From: an uncultured SAR86 cluster bacterium
GTDB lineage: Bacteria; Pseudomonadota; Gammaproteobacteria; Magnimaribacterales; TMED112
Assembly (NCBI GenBank): GCA_902563885.1
Contig: CACEYZ010000001.1
Span: forward strand, 40,013 to 104,012
Length of the DNA: 64,000 nucleotides
Direction of reading: 5' to 3'
Positions 52,966 to 63,035 of this stretch are shown in pieces. The notes below the pieces were generated by a model that made no database searches, was not told the DNA's origin, and saw only the letters and a list, made by a program, of their open reading frames with translations. Numbering within the stretch: position 1 is the stretch's first letter; every line of letters starts with the position of its first letter. The position numbers were made by a program, and so were the translations under genes.

Positions 52966-53636
52966 GGTTTGAAACTGATGCATTTATTATTCATACACGT
53001 CCGTATAAAGAGACTAGTTTGATAGTTTCTTTTTTTACAAAAGAATATGGAAATGTCTCGGCAATAGCTAAAGGAGCAAAAGGAAAAAAATCAAAATTTT
53101 CTGGAAACCTTGAGCCATTTCGTTTGATGAATATTGGTTTTGGAGGAAAAAGTAATTTAAAGAGTTTATTCTTTTCCGATTCTCTTGAAACGTATGATGA
53201 CTTTAAAGTAAAGAAAAATTTGTACTCTGCATTTTACATCAATGAATTAATTTATAGCCTTTTACCTCCAAATGAGAGGGAGTTAATAATATTTAATCAA
53301 TATCACAGCTCTATTAAAAAACTTAAAAAAAATGATAATACAGAAGAAATTTTACGAGAGTTCGAATATTTATTTTTAAAAGAAATCGGATATCAAATTG
53401 ATTTTGAAAATGAATATAGTTCTGGAGATGCAATAGAATCAAATTCTTTCTACGAATTTGCACCTCAGAGCGGTTTTAAACGTGCTGAAAAAGGTTTTTT
53501 AGGCAAAGATTTACAAGAAATAGCCAGAAAAGAATATAATCCTATTAATCTCAAAACATTCAAAGCAATAAACAGAAAGTCGTTTGAGTATTATTTTGAG
53601 GAACTTAATATTAAAAGCAGAGGTTTTTTTAAATGA
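52962..53636 (+). CDS. recO: DNA repair protein RecO
   Basis: N-terminal OB fold (AFIIHTRPYKETSLIVSFFTKEYG), 224 aa. era-recO synteny. Confidence 0.85.
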   Translation: MRFETDAFIIHTRPYKETSLIVSFFTKEYGNVSAIAKGAKGKKSKFSGNLEPFRLMNIGFGGKSNLKSLFFSDSLETYDDFKVKKNLYSAFYINELIYSLLPPNERELIIFNQYHSSIKKLKKNDNTEEILREFEYLFLKEIGYQIDFENEYSSGDAIESNSFYEFAPQSGFKRAEKGFLGKDLQEIARKEYNPINLKTFKAINRKSFEYYFEELNIKSRGFFK

Positions 53637-53989
53637 TTTTAGGTGTCGGTACTGATTTTATCGAAAAAAAAAGGGTAGAAAAGATCCTTAAAAAATATGG
53701 GGATAGATTTATTAATAAGATTCTTTCAGACAGCGAGAAAAAAAATTTCTCCTCCATTGATAAAACTAAAAAAGTTAATTTTTTAACTTCAGCATTTTCA
53801 TCTAAAGAATCTTTTGTAAAAGCTTTGGGAACTGGATTTAGAGAAATTTATCCAAGGGATATTTCAATTATAAAAAACAAATCAGGAAAACCATCAATCC
53901 AGTGCGATTTAATTCGTGACTATAAAGCTCATCTTTCAGTTACAAATGATGAGAAATATACACTTTCTATGGTAGTTATAGAAAAATGA
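53633..53989 (+). CDS. acpS: holo-[acyl-carrier-protein] synthase
   Basis: MILGVGTDFIE N-terminus, FS.KESF.KA motif, 118 aa. Confidence 0.9.
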   Translation: MILGVGTDFIEKKRVEKILKKYGDRFINKILSDSEKKNFSSIDKTKKVNFLTSAFSSKESFVKALGTGFREIYPRDISIIKNKSGKPSIQCDLIRDYKAHLSVTNDEKYTLSMVVIEK

Positions 53990-54621
53990 AGATTATCCTT
54001 TTGGGAATGCCGGGAGCAGGCAAGGGAACACAAGCTGAACTTATTAAAGTTAATTACAGCATTCCTAGCATATCTACAGGAGCAATTTTAAGAGACATAA
54101 GCAATACTAATTCAGATCTAGGAGCAAAAGTACAAAACTACTTACAGTCTGGAAGGCTAGTTCCAGATGAAATCATAATTGAAATATTGGTCAATAGAAT
54201 TAGTGAAGACGATTGTTCCAATGGATTCCTTTTAGATGGATTCCCAAGAAATATTGACCAAGCCAAAGCTCTTGAAAAAGCCAATATTGATATTGATTTT
54301 GTGGTTTTCTTAAATATTGAAGAGCAAGAAATAATTAAACGCATGTCTGGTAGAAGAATGCACTTAAAATCCGGCAGGTCTTATCACATAGACTTTAATC
54401 CACCAAAAAATTTTAATAAAGATGACCTCACAGGAGAGGATTTAATTCAAAGAGAAGATGATAAGCCAGAAGTCATAAAAAAAAGGTTAGAAGTTTACTA
54501 TAAGGAAACATTTCCACTTTTAGATTTTTATAGAAAAGAATCAAACAATTTTTTTGAAATAGATGGCTCGCTTCCGGTAGAGGAGGTTGCAAAAGCTATA
54601 GATCATATATTTTCCTCGTGA
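53986..54621 (+). CDS. adk: adenylate kinase
   Basis: GMPGAGKGTQA P-loop, LLDGFPR, and a long LID region without zinc cysteines. Confidence 0.95.
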   Translation: MKIILLGMPGAGKGTQAELIKVNYSIPSISTGAILRDISNTNSDLGAKVQNYLQSGRLVPDEIIIEILVNRISEDDCSNGFLLDGFPRNIDQAKALEKANIDIDFVVFLNIEEQEIIKRMSGRRMHLKSGRSYHIDFNPPKNFNKDDLTGEDLIQREDDKPEVIKKRLEVYYKETFPLLDFYRKESNNFFEIDGSLPVEEVAKAIDHIFSS

Positions 54622-55190
54622 ACATTCTTTCGGTAGATTTAACTAAAAACGAACACTTTATTGCATTAAATTATGAAAATAATGCGTATTGCTTTGAATT
54701 TCAAACAAACGATTGGTCAGAAAAAATTGATACTCTTCATAAAATAGAAAATTTTGATTTTAAAAAATTAGACTGTTCTGCTTATGCTGCTGGCCCTGGT
54801 TCATTCACTGGAGCGAGATTGGCATTTACTTTTCTCAACACACTAAAGTTTGTTTACGATGTAGAAATGTTTGCATTTTCAAATTTGGCGGCTATGAATT
54901 GGTTAAACGACGACAAAATCCCTTTAATCATCGGCAATAATAATGATTTTTACTACAGAGAAAACAAAACAGATTTTTATACTCAAGATTTAAAAAAAGT
55001 AGAATCTATTAAAAATAAATTAGTAATGATAGAGGGATCTAATGCTAATATCTCCCCAAAACATTTAATTCAAAGGAATCAAGTTGCAATAAATATCATA
55101 AATATGATCGCCAGTAAGTCTAATTCCAACTTGGATAGTAATGAACCAAATTATGTAAAGAGTCTAACTTACAGAAAAATAAATGAGTGA
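54618..55190 (+). CDS. tsaB: tRNA t6A37 biosynthesis protein TsaB (YeaZ)
   Basis: AAGPGSFTGARLAFTF motif, 190 aa. GTGA junction with adk. Confidence 0.8.
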   Translation: MNILSVDLTKNEHFIALNYENNAYCFEFQTNDWSEKIDTLHKIENFDFKKLDCSAYAAGPGSFTGARLAFTFLNTLKFVYDVEMFAFSNLAAMNWLNDDKIPLIIGNNNDFYYRENKTDFYTQDLKKVESIKNKLVMIEGSNANISPKHLIQRNQVAINIINMIASKSNSNLDSNEPNYVKSLTYRKINE

Positions 55191-55956
55191 ATTAAATTTC
55201 TTGCAAGCCATTATATTGTCTGTTATTCAAGCCATCACAGAATTTATTCCTGTTTCAAGTTCAGCACATTTATTGCTACCAAGTAAATTATTAGGCTGGC
55301 CAGATCAAGGTCAATTTTTTGATATAAGTGTTCATTTTGGGAGTCTAGTAGCAGTAATTTTACACTTCAGAGACTCATTACTCTCAAGAAACTTCTATAC
55401 TTCGAATTTTTTTTTATTACTGATTGTAGCAACCATACCAATTATCGCATTAACTCTAATTTTCAATGGAATTACAGACCTAAGGTGGTCTCTTACAAGC
55501 ATTGCAATATCAAATATTTTGTTTGCATTTCTGTTATTAATTAGCACAAAAATAAATGTTAAAAATACCAATAAAAAAGATATCAACCAATTAACTATAA
55601 ACGGAGCTTTAACAATTGGTCTCTGGCAAACTCTTAGTATAATTTCAGGCGCTTCTAGGTCTGGAACAGTTATTACTGGATCATTATTTTTAGGTTATAG
55701 GCCTGAAGATGCGGCAAAATTTTCTATTTATTTATCTATTCCAACACTTCTTGGAGCAATGTTTTTTGGAATTATTAAAAATGATATTTTAAAAGAAGAT
55801 GTTGACATTTTAATGACATTTAGCAGCATTTTAATATCATTTATAGTATCTTTCTTTACAATAAAATGGTTTTTATCGTTTGTAAAAAAAGTAGGATTTC
55901 TTCCATTTATCATTTACAGGCTATTTTTGGGAGTTTCGATTCTGTGGTTGATATAA
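55183..55956 (+). CDS. uppP: undecaprenyl-diphosphate phosphatase
   Basis: BacA motifs (QAITEFIPVSSSAHL, SGASRSGTVITG), 8 TM. Confidence 0.93.
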   Translation: MSELNFLQAIILSVIQAITEFIPVSSSAHLLLPSKLLGWPDQGQFFDISVHFGSLVAVILHFRDSLLSRNFYTSNFFLLLIVATIPIIALTLIFNGITDLRWSLTSIAISNILFAFLLLISTKINVKNTNKKDINQLTINGALTIGLWQTLSIISGASRSGTVITGSLFLGYRPEDAAKFSIYLSIPTLLGAMFFGIIKNDILKEDVDILMTFSSILISFIVSFFTIKWFLSFVKKVGFLPFIIYRLFLGVSILWLI

Positions 55957-56660
55957 AGGAGATTGTTTGTAGAGAAAAATCTTTTATTAGCGAAGCAGAA
56001 TACTATTCAAATAAGTATCAAATTCCTGTTAATTCGATTTCATCGGAAAATTGCTATATTGACTTAAGTTTAGAAAATTTTTTAGTTTTTAAGCAAAAGA
56101 GAATTTCAAACCTATTTCATAAAGATCCTTTTCTCAGAAGGGTTAAGAATTATCAAAGGGAAAATATGCTCAAAAAAGCGATTTCTTATCAGGCTGGCAA
56201 ACCAAAAAGTATTCTAGATGCTACAGCAGGTTTTGGGAGAGATGGTTTTATTTGTGCTTTACTTGGCCAAGAAGTCACTATGGTTGAGGAAAATAAAGGA
56301 ATGTGTATTCTCATTGAAAGTGCTTTGAAAAGATTGCCTAATAGATCATATTTTAATGATGCGAAAAATAGGATAAATGTCATTAATGCTGATTCATCAA
56401 AGATAAAACTGAACACTGAAGATTATGACACTATTTACTTAGACCCTATGTTTTCAACTCATAGCAAAAGCATGAGCAATAAGGAATTAACTTTTTTGAA
56501 AACATATATTGATCAAGAGCAAGATTTGGTGAATGCCTTTTTAAAAAAAAGATATAAAAGACTAGTCGTAAAAAGAGAAAAGAGCTTTAAATCTGAATCA
56601 ACTAAAAAAGAAAATATAATTTATAAGGGGAAAAGTATAAATTTTCATGTATTTATTTAA
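55944..56660 (+). CDS. rsmJ: 16S rRNA (guanine1516-N2)-methyltransferase RsmJ
   Basis: LDATAGFGRDGF and YLDPMF SAM-methyltransferase motifs typical of RsmJ. The start is uncertain: a GTG at 55944 is proposed, while the track ATG at 55866 would overlap uppP by 91 nt. Confidence 0.75.
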   Translation: MVDIKEIVCREKSFISEAEYYSNKYQIPVNSISSENCYIDLSLENFLVFKQKRISNLFHKDPFLRRVKNYQRENMLKKAISYQAGKPKSILDATAGFGRDGFICALLGQEVTMVEENKGMCILIESALKRLPNRSYFNDAKNRINVINADSSKIKLNTEDYDTIYLDPMFSTHSKSMSNKELTFLKTYIDQEQDLVNAFLKKRYKRLVVKREKSFKSESTKKENIIYKGKSINFHVFI

Positions 56661-56702
56661 TGCAGGGTAGTAATGATGTTCTTTCATATGTATGCTTAAA
56701 AT

Positions 56703-57221
56703 ATGAATTTCGGTGAAGCATTAGATTCAAGTTTGGTTAAAAAGTACAAAACTTTTGGTGGAAGAGCATGTAGGGCAGAGTGGTACTATTTTCAAATATT
56801 TTCCGTGCTTCTTTCTGTTATCGTAGCCTCTGTTACTGGAATTATCGCTGGAACAAGTATTGATCCTAATGCTATACGTGATCTTTCACAGGAAGAACTG
56901 ACAGATTATCTAGTGGATTCAGGATCTTTTAATGTAGTTATATACAGTACAGTAGCAATTTCAGCACTACTTTTTTTACCCTCAATTTCAGTAACTGTTA
57001 GACGTCTACAAGATCTAAACATTACTTATTTTTGGGCGCTGCCTTTTTTCATAACTTACATAATTGGTTTTTATGTAATTCTCAATCAAGGTGAAGATAA
57101 TGCTGAAAGGCTAAACTCAATTTCCTCATTAGTATTCATCGTTTATTTATTAGTTTTTGCAAAAAAAGGTGATTACAAAAAGAATAGATTCGGTGAGAAT
57201 CCTCTTGAAAAAGAATCTTAA
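56703..57221 (+). CDS. DUF805 family inner membrane protein
   Basis: F.GRA.R.E+W.F.+F N-terminal signature (FGGRACRAEWYYFQIF) and RRLQD in the loop, with 3-4 TM. Confidence 0.7.
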   Translation: MNFGEALDSSLVKKYKTFGGRACRAEWYYFQIFSVLLSVIVASVTGIIAGTSIDPNAIRDLSQEELTDYLVDSGSFNVVIYSTVAISALLFLPSISVTVRRLQDLNITYFWALPFFITYIIGFYVILNQGEDNAERLNSISSLVFIVYLLVFAKKGDYKKNRFGENPLEKES

Positions 57222-57264
57222 TAATCTTTATTTTCGCGATTAAAACCTTTAAAATTTTCATTTT

Positions 57265-57474
57265 ATGGCAGTACAGAAAAGTAAAAAAACACGCAGTAGA
57301 ATTGGAATGAGGCGGTCACATGATTCTCTCAAAGAAACATCTTTATCAACAGATCCTGTGTCTGGTGAAAGGCATATAAGACATAACTTAAGTGCAGATG
57401 GCTTTTATAAAGGAAGATTAGTAAAAGATCTTAAAAAGAAAGTTAAAGAAACAGAAGAAGAAATTTCACAATAA
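57265..57474 (+). CDS. rpmF: 50S ribosomal protein L32
   Basis: [12 protein letters not shown]...RRSHD N-terminus, 69 aa. Confidence 0.93.
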   Translation: MAVQKSKKTRSRIGMRRSHDSLKETSLSTDPVSGERHIRHNLSADGFYKGRLVKDLKKKVKETEEEISQ

Positions 57475-57478
57475 AATC

Positions 57479-58408
57479 ATGAGCTTTTCGTTAATGTTCC
57501 CTGGTCAGGGTTCTCAATATAATGGGATGTTTAAAGAGCATTTTTCTGAATTTATCGAATTTAAAGAAGCTATAGATATTGGAGAAAATTTTTATAAAGA
57601 AAATCTTTCGGAAATAATTTTTAATGATGACGAGAGAATATCTGATACCTTTTATACTCAACCTATATTGCTAATAACGAGCTATGCTTGTTTTAAAGTA
57701 TGGAAAAATAAAGGCTGTCCTGATCCTAAAGTTGCATTAGGGCATAGTTTAGGAGAAGTTTCAGCATACCTATGTTCTGGAGTTCTAAGTTTTGATGATG
57801 CACTAAAATTAATTAGATATAGAGCATCATTCATGATTGAGAGTAAAGGCAATACAAAGACTAAAATGTCCGCTGTTTTAGGTTTAGACCCAGATGAAAT
57901 TGATAAAATTTTGTTAGATAAGAAAAAAAATTTCTTAGAAGCAGTTAATTTTAATTCGCCTTCACAAACTGTAATCGTGGGAAATGCTGATGAAATTGAA
58001 TCCATTAAAGCTGTATTAATTGAAAATGGAGCAAAAAAAATTATAGATCTTTCAGTTTCTGTGCCATCACACTCATCTATGATGAACATGGCAAGCACAA
58101 AATTAAAATTAGCAATGGATGATATTAATTTTAAGAGTCAAAATTTTTCTGTAATAAATAATTTTGATGCAAAAGTATCTCTCACAGAGAGTGAAGTCAA
58201 AGATAAACTTGCAAAACAGATATCCAATCCTGTTCAATGGGTAGACTCTATGAAAAGATTGAAAAAATATAGCATCAAAACACATATTGAATTTGGACCA
58301 GGAAAAGTGTTATCAAGCTTAGCAAAGCATAACAGAGTTGAAGGAGAATTTAATTCTGTAGATAATCTAGAGTTGTTTTTGAAATTATTAGAAGAGTATG
58401 GAAGTTAA
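57479..58408 (+). CDS. fabD: malonyl CoA-ACP transacylase
   Basis: FPGQGSQ N-terminus, active-site GHSLGE, and QPIL motif. Confidence 0.94.
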   Translation: MSFSLMFPGQGSQYNGMFKEHFSEFIEFKEAIDIGENFYKENLSEIIFNDDERISDTFYTQPILLITSYACFKVWKNKGCPDPKVALGHSLGEVSAYLCSGVLSFDDALKLIRYRASFMIESKGNTKTKMSAVLGLDPDEIDKILLDKKKNFLEAVNFNSPSQTVIVGNADEIESIKAVLIENGAKKIIDLSVSVPSHSSMMNMASTKLKLAMDDINFKSQNFSVINNFDAKVSLTESEVKDKLAKQISNPVQWVDSMKRLKKYSIKTHIEFGPGKVLSSLAKHNRVEGEFNSVDNLELFLKLLEEYGS

Positions 58409-59102
58409 GAAAGTTTTAGTCTCTGGCGGAACAAAAGGAATTGGAGGAGCAATAGTTACCAAATTGCTTGATGAAGGATACTCTGTTATTGCTACGACAA
58501 GAGATAAAACAAAAGCAAATATTCTTGAACATAAAAACTTAACAGTAGAAAACTTAGACTTATCATCTAAAGATTCTGTTTCAGAATTTCAAGAAAAGCT
58601 AGAAAGTTTCAAACCTTCTATTCTCATAAATAATGCGGGAGTTACTAAGGATAATTTATTTCTTCGAATGTCAGAAAATGATTGGACTGAAGTTATAGAA
58701 ACAAATTTAAATGGTACTTACAGGCTGACAAAAATATTTCTCAAAGACATGATTAAAAATAAATGGGGAAGAATAATAAATATTGGTTCTGTTTCAGGTT
58801 TAATGGGAAATCCAGGTCAAACAAATTACGCATCTTCAAAAGCGGCACTTGAGGGCTTTACAAGATCCCTTGCAAAAGAAATTGGATCTAGAAATATAAC
58901 TGTTAACTTAGTTTCTCCAGGATTTATAAATACTGATATGACAAGTGGTTTAACCATCGAAAAGCTTGAAAGCCAAATTCCTTTAGGAAGAATTGGAAAT
59001 CCTTCAGATGTTGCATCACTAGTGGCTTTTCTCGCGAGTGAGGGTGCGGGTTATATTACTGGACAAACATTAGTAGTTGATGGTGGTTTATTTATGCAGT
59101 AA
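58398..59102 (+). CDS. fabG: 3-oxoacyl-ACP reductase
   Basis: SDR motifs (GGTKGIG, NNAG, YASSKAA, PGFI.TDM). fabD-fabG-acpP synteny. Confidence 0.92.
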   Translation: MEVKKVLVSGGTKGIGGAIVTKLLDEGYSVIATTRDKTKANILEHKNLTVENLDLSSKDSVSEFQEKLESFKPSILINNAGVTKDNLFLRMSENDWTEVIETNLNGTYRLTKIFLKDMIKNKWGRIINIGSVSGLMGNPGQTNYASSKAALEGFTRSLAKEIGSRNITVNLVSPGFINTDMTSGLTIEKLESQIPLGRIGNPSDVASLVAFLASEGAGYITGQTLVVDGGLFMQ

Positions 59103-59135
59103 TGTATGCATTACTTAAATTGTTAAGGAGTATAT

Positions 59136-59369
59136 ATGAGTGATGTTCTTAATAAAGTTGTCGATATTGTTTGTGAACAACTAGGTGCAGATAAGGGAGA
59201 TGTAAAATCTGATTCATCTTTTGTTGAAGATCTAGGTGCTGATTCTTTAGATACTGTTGAATTAGTGATGGCATTTGAAGAAGAGTTTGGCCTTGATATT
59301 CCTGATGAAGAAGCAGAAAAAATTACCACAATCCAGAGTGCAGTCGATTGGATCGAAAGTAATAGTTAG
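59136..59369 (+). CDS. acpP: acyl carrier protein
   Basis: [15 protein letters not shown] phosphopantetheine attachment motif, 77 aa, strong AAGGAG Shine-Dalgarno. Confidence 0.97.
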   Translation: MSDVLNKVVDIVCEQLGADKGDVKSDSSFVEDLGADSLDTVELVMAFEEEFGLDIPDEEAEKITTIQSAVDWIESNS

Positions 59370-60318
59370 AAGACTTCTCTTTTTCCTAACGCTTATTTTT
59401 CTTTTGGGGTTACCAGCCTCAATCAGACTTGTAGAAATTCAAAAAATACCAACTGGTAATAATTTAATTGTTGAAAAAGGGCATGGAATTAATTCAATCA
59501 TTGACAGCCTAAAAAATCGAAACAACAACAAATTTTTAACAATCTTAAAATTAAAATATTTATTTGAGTCTACAAATATTATTCCAGGGAGATACGAAAT
59601 TAAACCAAGCATGACTTATGCTGAATTAATAGAAGATATTTTTGAAGGTAATTTACAGCAATTTAGGTTTACTATTATCGAAGGAACAGTTGCTAAAGAT
59701 GCTTTAAAAAAACTTAGACAAATAATTAAAAACAACAATTTGAATTTCCAAATCTCATCAAAAACTTTAGAAATCTTTTCAAAAGAATCCTTGATATTGC
59801 CAGATACATATTTTTTTACTGATCGACAGCAACTTGAGAGGCTGATGATAAATCAAAAAATAAGATTAGATAATATTCTTACAAGATTATGGGAAAATAA
59901 ACCTAAAGATAATCCATTGAGGACCATGAATGAAGCCTTAGTGCTTGCTTCAATAGTCGAGAGAGAGGCTGCTGTTGAATGGGAGAGAGCACAAATATCA
60001 TCTGTTTTTTTATCAAGGATCAGAGACGGATGGAGACTAGATGCTGACCCAACATTAATTTATGGTTACTACGGTGATTTTTCAAAAAAAATTACAAAAG
60101 AAAATCTTAAGGCTGTCAAAGGGGATAATAACCCTTTCAACACATATAAAATTAAAGGATTACCTCCCAGACCTATTTGTTACCCCTCATTGAGCTCAAT
60201 AAAATCTGTGATAATGTCATCTCCAGGTGAATATTTTTTCTTTGTCGCAAAGGGCGATGGAACTCATATATTCTCAAAAACTTTGGATGAGCATAATAAA
60301 GCTGTAAATAACAGGTAA
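59305..60318 (+). CDS. mltG: endolytic murein transglycosylase MltG (YceG)
   Basis: N-terminal basic segment plus one TM, and the YceG domain ([41 protein letters not shown]). The start is uncertain: every canonical candidate (TTG 59275, ATG 59305, GTG 59338) lies inside acpP. Confidence 0.8.
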   Translation: MKKQKKLPQSRVQSIGSKVIVRRLLFFLTLIFLLGLPASIRLVEIQKIPTGNNLIVEKGHGINSIIDSLKNRNNNKFLTILKLKYLFESTNIIPGRYEIKPSMTYAELIEDIFEGNLQQFRFTIIEGTVAKDALKKLRQIIKNNNLNFQISSKTLEIFSKESLILPDTYFFTDRQQLERLMINQKIRLDNILTRLWENKPKDNPLRTMNEALVLASIVEREAAVEWERAQISSVFLSRIRDGWRLDADPTLIYGYYGDFSKKITKENLKAVKGDNNPFNTYKIKGLPPRPICYPSLSSIKSVIMSSPGEYFFFVAKGDGTHIFSKTLDEHNKAVNNR

Positions 60319-60338
60319 TTCGGTAAATAATATAAAAG

Positions 60339-60956
60339 ATGTTTATTACATTTGAAGGTATAGAGGGCTCTGGTAAATCTACCCAAATAAAAATGCTAAA
60401 GGAAGCTCTTCTTGGTAAGGGCCATGAAGTAATTGTTTTAAGAGAGCCCGGAGGAACAATTCTTGGTGAAAAGGTACGTGAAGCTTTTTTAGAAAAGACA
60501 ATTGAAAAAATTTCTGTTGAAACTGAAACCTTCCTTCTTTATGCCTCAAGAAAACATTTAGATCAAAATCTTCTTAAGCCTAGCCTAGCTGAAAAAAAAT
60601 TCGTCATTTGCGATAGATATTATGATGCAACTGAGGCTTATCAATGTTATGGAAAAGGCCTCTCCAATGATTTTTTTAAATCACTTAATAAAGTTTGTAA
60701 TTTATCAATACCTGAAATTACCTTCTATATTGATATTACGTCTGAAATCTCGAAGGAGAGAATATCAAACAGAGAAAGGGATAGAATGGAAGCAGAAGAG
60801 ATAGATTTTTTTAATAAAGTGAGGGAAGGATATCTAAAAATCGTTGAAGAGAATAGAGAAAGAATATATAAGGTTAATGGAATAGATACTATCGAAAATA
60901 TTCACAAAAGAATACTAGAACATGTAGGAGAAAAAATTGGTTCTTCCCTGGGATAA
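60339..60956 (+). CDS. tmk: thymidylate kinase
   Basis: FITFEGIEGSGKSTQ P-loop, REPGGT, and DRY motif. Confidence 0.94.
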   Translation: MFITFEGIEGSGKSTQIKMLKEALLGKGHEVIVLREPGGTILGEKVREAFLEKTIEKISVETETFLLYASRKHLDQNLLKPSLAEKKFVICDRYYDATEAYQCYGKGLSNDFFKSLNKVCNLSIPEITFYIDITSEISKERISNRERDRMEAEEIDFFNKVREGYLKIVEENRERIYKVNGIDTIENIHKRILEHVGEKIGSSLG

Positions 60957-61746
60957 AGATTTTTTGTCTTCGGAAACAGAATTAAGTTCAAAAACAATTC
61001 TCTACGCGTCTGAGGGACAAAATGTAAATAATGTATCTCGTTCTATTGTGAAAAAAATTCTTTGCAATATTGATTCAAAAGACTATTTGAACTTGCCTCT
61101 TGAGGAAATAGCATCACAAAATTTTATTTTTTTATATCCTAAAGATAAGTCTGTAATTGATATAGATCAGATTAGAGATTCTTTTAAATACCTTTTTTTG
61201 AAATCTAATTCGAAAAGGCTTTTGTACTTAGAAAATATAGAAAGAATTGAAACTAGAACTTTCAATACTTTACTTAAATTCTCAGAGGAGGCTGATAAAA
61301 ATATGATTATTTGTATGGCTACGAATAATATCAACATTGTTCCAAAAACAATTCTAAGCAGATTTCAAAAATTAAAAATACCAAAACCAAGTAATGAAAT
61401 TATAAAACAGCATTTAATTAATCTTGGCTTAAATTTTGATGAGCAGAAAAATGATTTTGTACTACAAAATCTTAACCTTCTTTCCGAAGATGAGGATAAA
61501 AATATAAATGAGTTATTTTTAAAATTTGATGAATATGAAGCAAAAAAAGAAATACCCACTAAAGATAAAGAAGAAATAAGATTATTTTTAGATTATCAAA
61601 TTCATAAAATTAAATTCAATATGCTAAAGCTTAAGTCAAATAACAAAGGAAAGCTTGACGAATTAAGGGATTTGAGGAAGCAAATCTTAATGCCACATAA
61701 TCTTAGTTTAGATATATTAAAGTCTAAGCTTTGTCTTTATATTTAG
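60937..61746 (+). CDS. holB: DNA polymerase III delta-prime subunit (short)
   Basis: LPWDKDF N-terminus and NTLLKFSEE....I.CMATNN...V.KTILSRFQ, the sensor and SRC-like block. tmk-holB synteny. TTG start overlaps tmk by 20 nt. Confidence 0.75.
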   Translation: MVLPWDKDFLSSETELSSKTILYASEGQNVNNVSRSIVKKILCNIDSKDYLNLPLEEIASQNFIFLYPKDKSVIDIDQIRDSFKYLFLKSNSKRLLYLENIERIETRTFNTLLKFSEEADKNMIICMATNNINIVPKTILSRFQKLKIPKPSNEIIKQHLINLGLNFDEQKNDFVLQNLNLLSEDEDKNINELFLKFDEYEAKKEIPTKDKEEIRLFLDYQIHKIKFNMLKLKSNNKGKLDELRDLRKQILMPHNLSLDILKSKLCLYI

Positions 61747-61753
61747 AAAGGAA

Positions 61754-61797
61754 GAGAAAACCAAAAACAAAGGGCTAGTTTTGTCTTTAGTTTTCTC
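61754..61797. terminator. long imperfect hairpin between convergent holB and amtB (candidate bidirectional terminator)
   Basis: 18-nt arms GAGAAAACCAAAAACAAA / TTTGTCTTTAGTTTTCTC pair at 16 of 18 positions, with an 8-nt loop. A/T-rich, with no clean trailing U-run on the plus strand. Confidence 0.45.
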
Positions 61798-61805
61798 AAA
61801 AAATT

Positions 61806-63026
61806 CTAGAATTCTGGGTATGCTTCGATACCAATCTCTTCGGCATCCAAACCCTTCTTCTGAATTTCATCTGAAGCTCTAACAGGGGTAATAAAGCTCA
61901 GTGCATATAAGAATGCAAAAGTTAAAATGAATCCCCATGCAAGAATAGAAACTACTCCTAGCGCTTGTGCACCAAAACTTGCCTCAGGATTGGTGAAAGG
62001 CACGACCAATACACCAAAAATTCCTGCTGTCCCGTGAGCAGAAATTGCTCCTACAGGGTCATCAACTTTTAAAACTTGCTCGAAAAATACAAGCGATCCA
62101 TAACATAGCAATCCACCAATTGCTCCAATAAGCGTAGCCTCATAGCCTGTTGGTGTATCTGGTGCTGCTGTGATAGCAACAAGACCAGAGATGGCACCAT
62201 TGAGTGCATATATTATGTTTGTTTTACCAAAAAATATTTTTGAAACAAGCAAACATGCAATTACACCGCCTCCGGCAGCCATATTAGTATTTAGGAAGAC
62301 TTGGGCAACAGCATTAGCATTGCTAGCATCATTAACAGCCAATTGAGATCCACCATTGAACCCAAACCAACCTAACCAAAGTATAAATGTACCTAATGCA
62401 GCTATTGGAATATTTGCTCCATAAAGTTTATTTACTTTACCATTAGCATATTTTCCGACTCTTGGACCAATAAATATTGCCGCGCCCAAGGCACACGCTG
62501 CACCAGCAAGGTGAACTGTACCTGATCCAGCAAAATCCGAATATCCTGCAGCATTTAAAAAGCCTGATCCCCAATTCCAAAAACCTTGAATAGGATATAT
62601 AACTCCTGCAATGAATGCTGCCAGAGCAAAGAAAGCCCACTGATTCATTCTTTCTGCAACCGCACCCGAAACTATTGATACTGCTGTGGCTACAAATACA
62701 ACCTGAAAGAAAAAATCAGCCGCATCAGCATAACCAAGATCAGTATTCATTCCAAAGTCTTCTTGTCCTTTAGATCCAAAGCCAAAATCATAAGGAGGAA
62801 TAATTCCACCTTCATTTGCTCCTGGATACATGACCATAAAGCCACATAAAAGATACATAAAGCATGCAATAGAATATAAACCTATATTCTTTGTAACAAT
62901 TTCTGCAGTATTTCTTCTTCTTACAAAACCTGCTTCAAGCATAGTGAAGCCTGCAGCCATCCACATGACAAGCGCACCTGTCATCAGTAGATAGAAGGTA
63001 TTTAAAGCGTAATCTATTTCAGCCAT
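61806..63026 (-). CDS. amtB: ammonium transporter AmtB
   Basis: 11-TM Amt family with conserved blocks (DFAGSGTVHLAGA, twin-His region AISAHGTAGI..., FGFNGGS). Starts 9 nt after the upstream porin gene. Confidence 0.95.
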   Translation of the reverse strand: MAEIDYALNTFYLLMTGALVMWMAAGFTMLEAGFVRRRNTAEIVTKNIGLYSIACFMYLLCGFMVMYPGANEGGIIPPYDFGFGSKGQEDFGMNTDLGYADAADFFFQVVFVATAVSIVSGAVAERMNQWAFFALAAFIAGVIYPIQGFWNWGSGFLNAAGYSDFAGSGTVHLAGAACALGAAIFIGPRVGKYANGKVNKLYGANIPIAALGTFILWLGWFGFNGGSQLAVNDASNANAVAQVFLNTNMAAGGGVIACLLVSKIFFGKTNIIYALNGAISGLVAITAAPDTPTGYEATLIGAIGGLLCYGSLVFFEQVLKVDDPVGAISAHGTAGIFGVLVVPFTNPEASFGAQALGVVSILAWGFILTFAFLYALSFITPVRASDEIQKKGLDAEEIGIEAYPEF

Positions 63027-63035
63027 TTTTACCCC

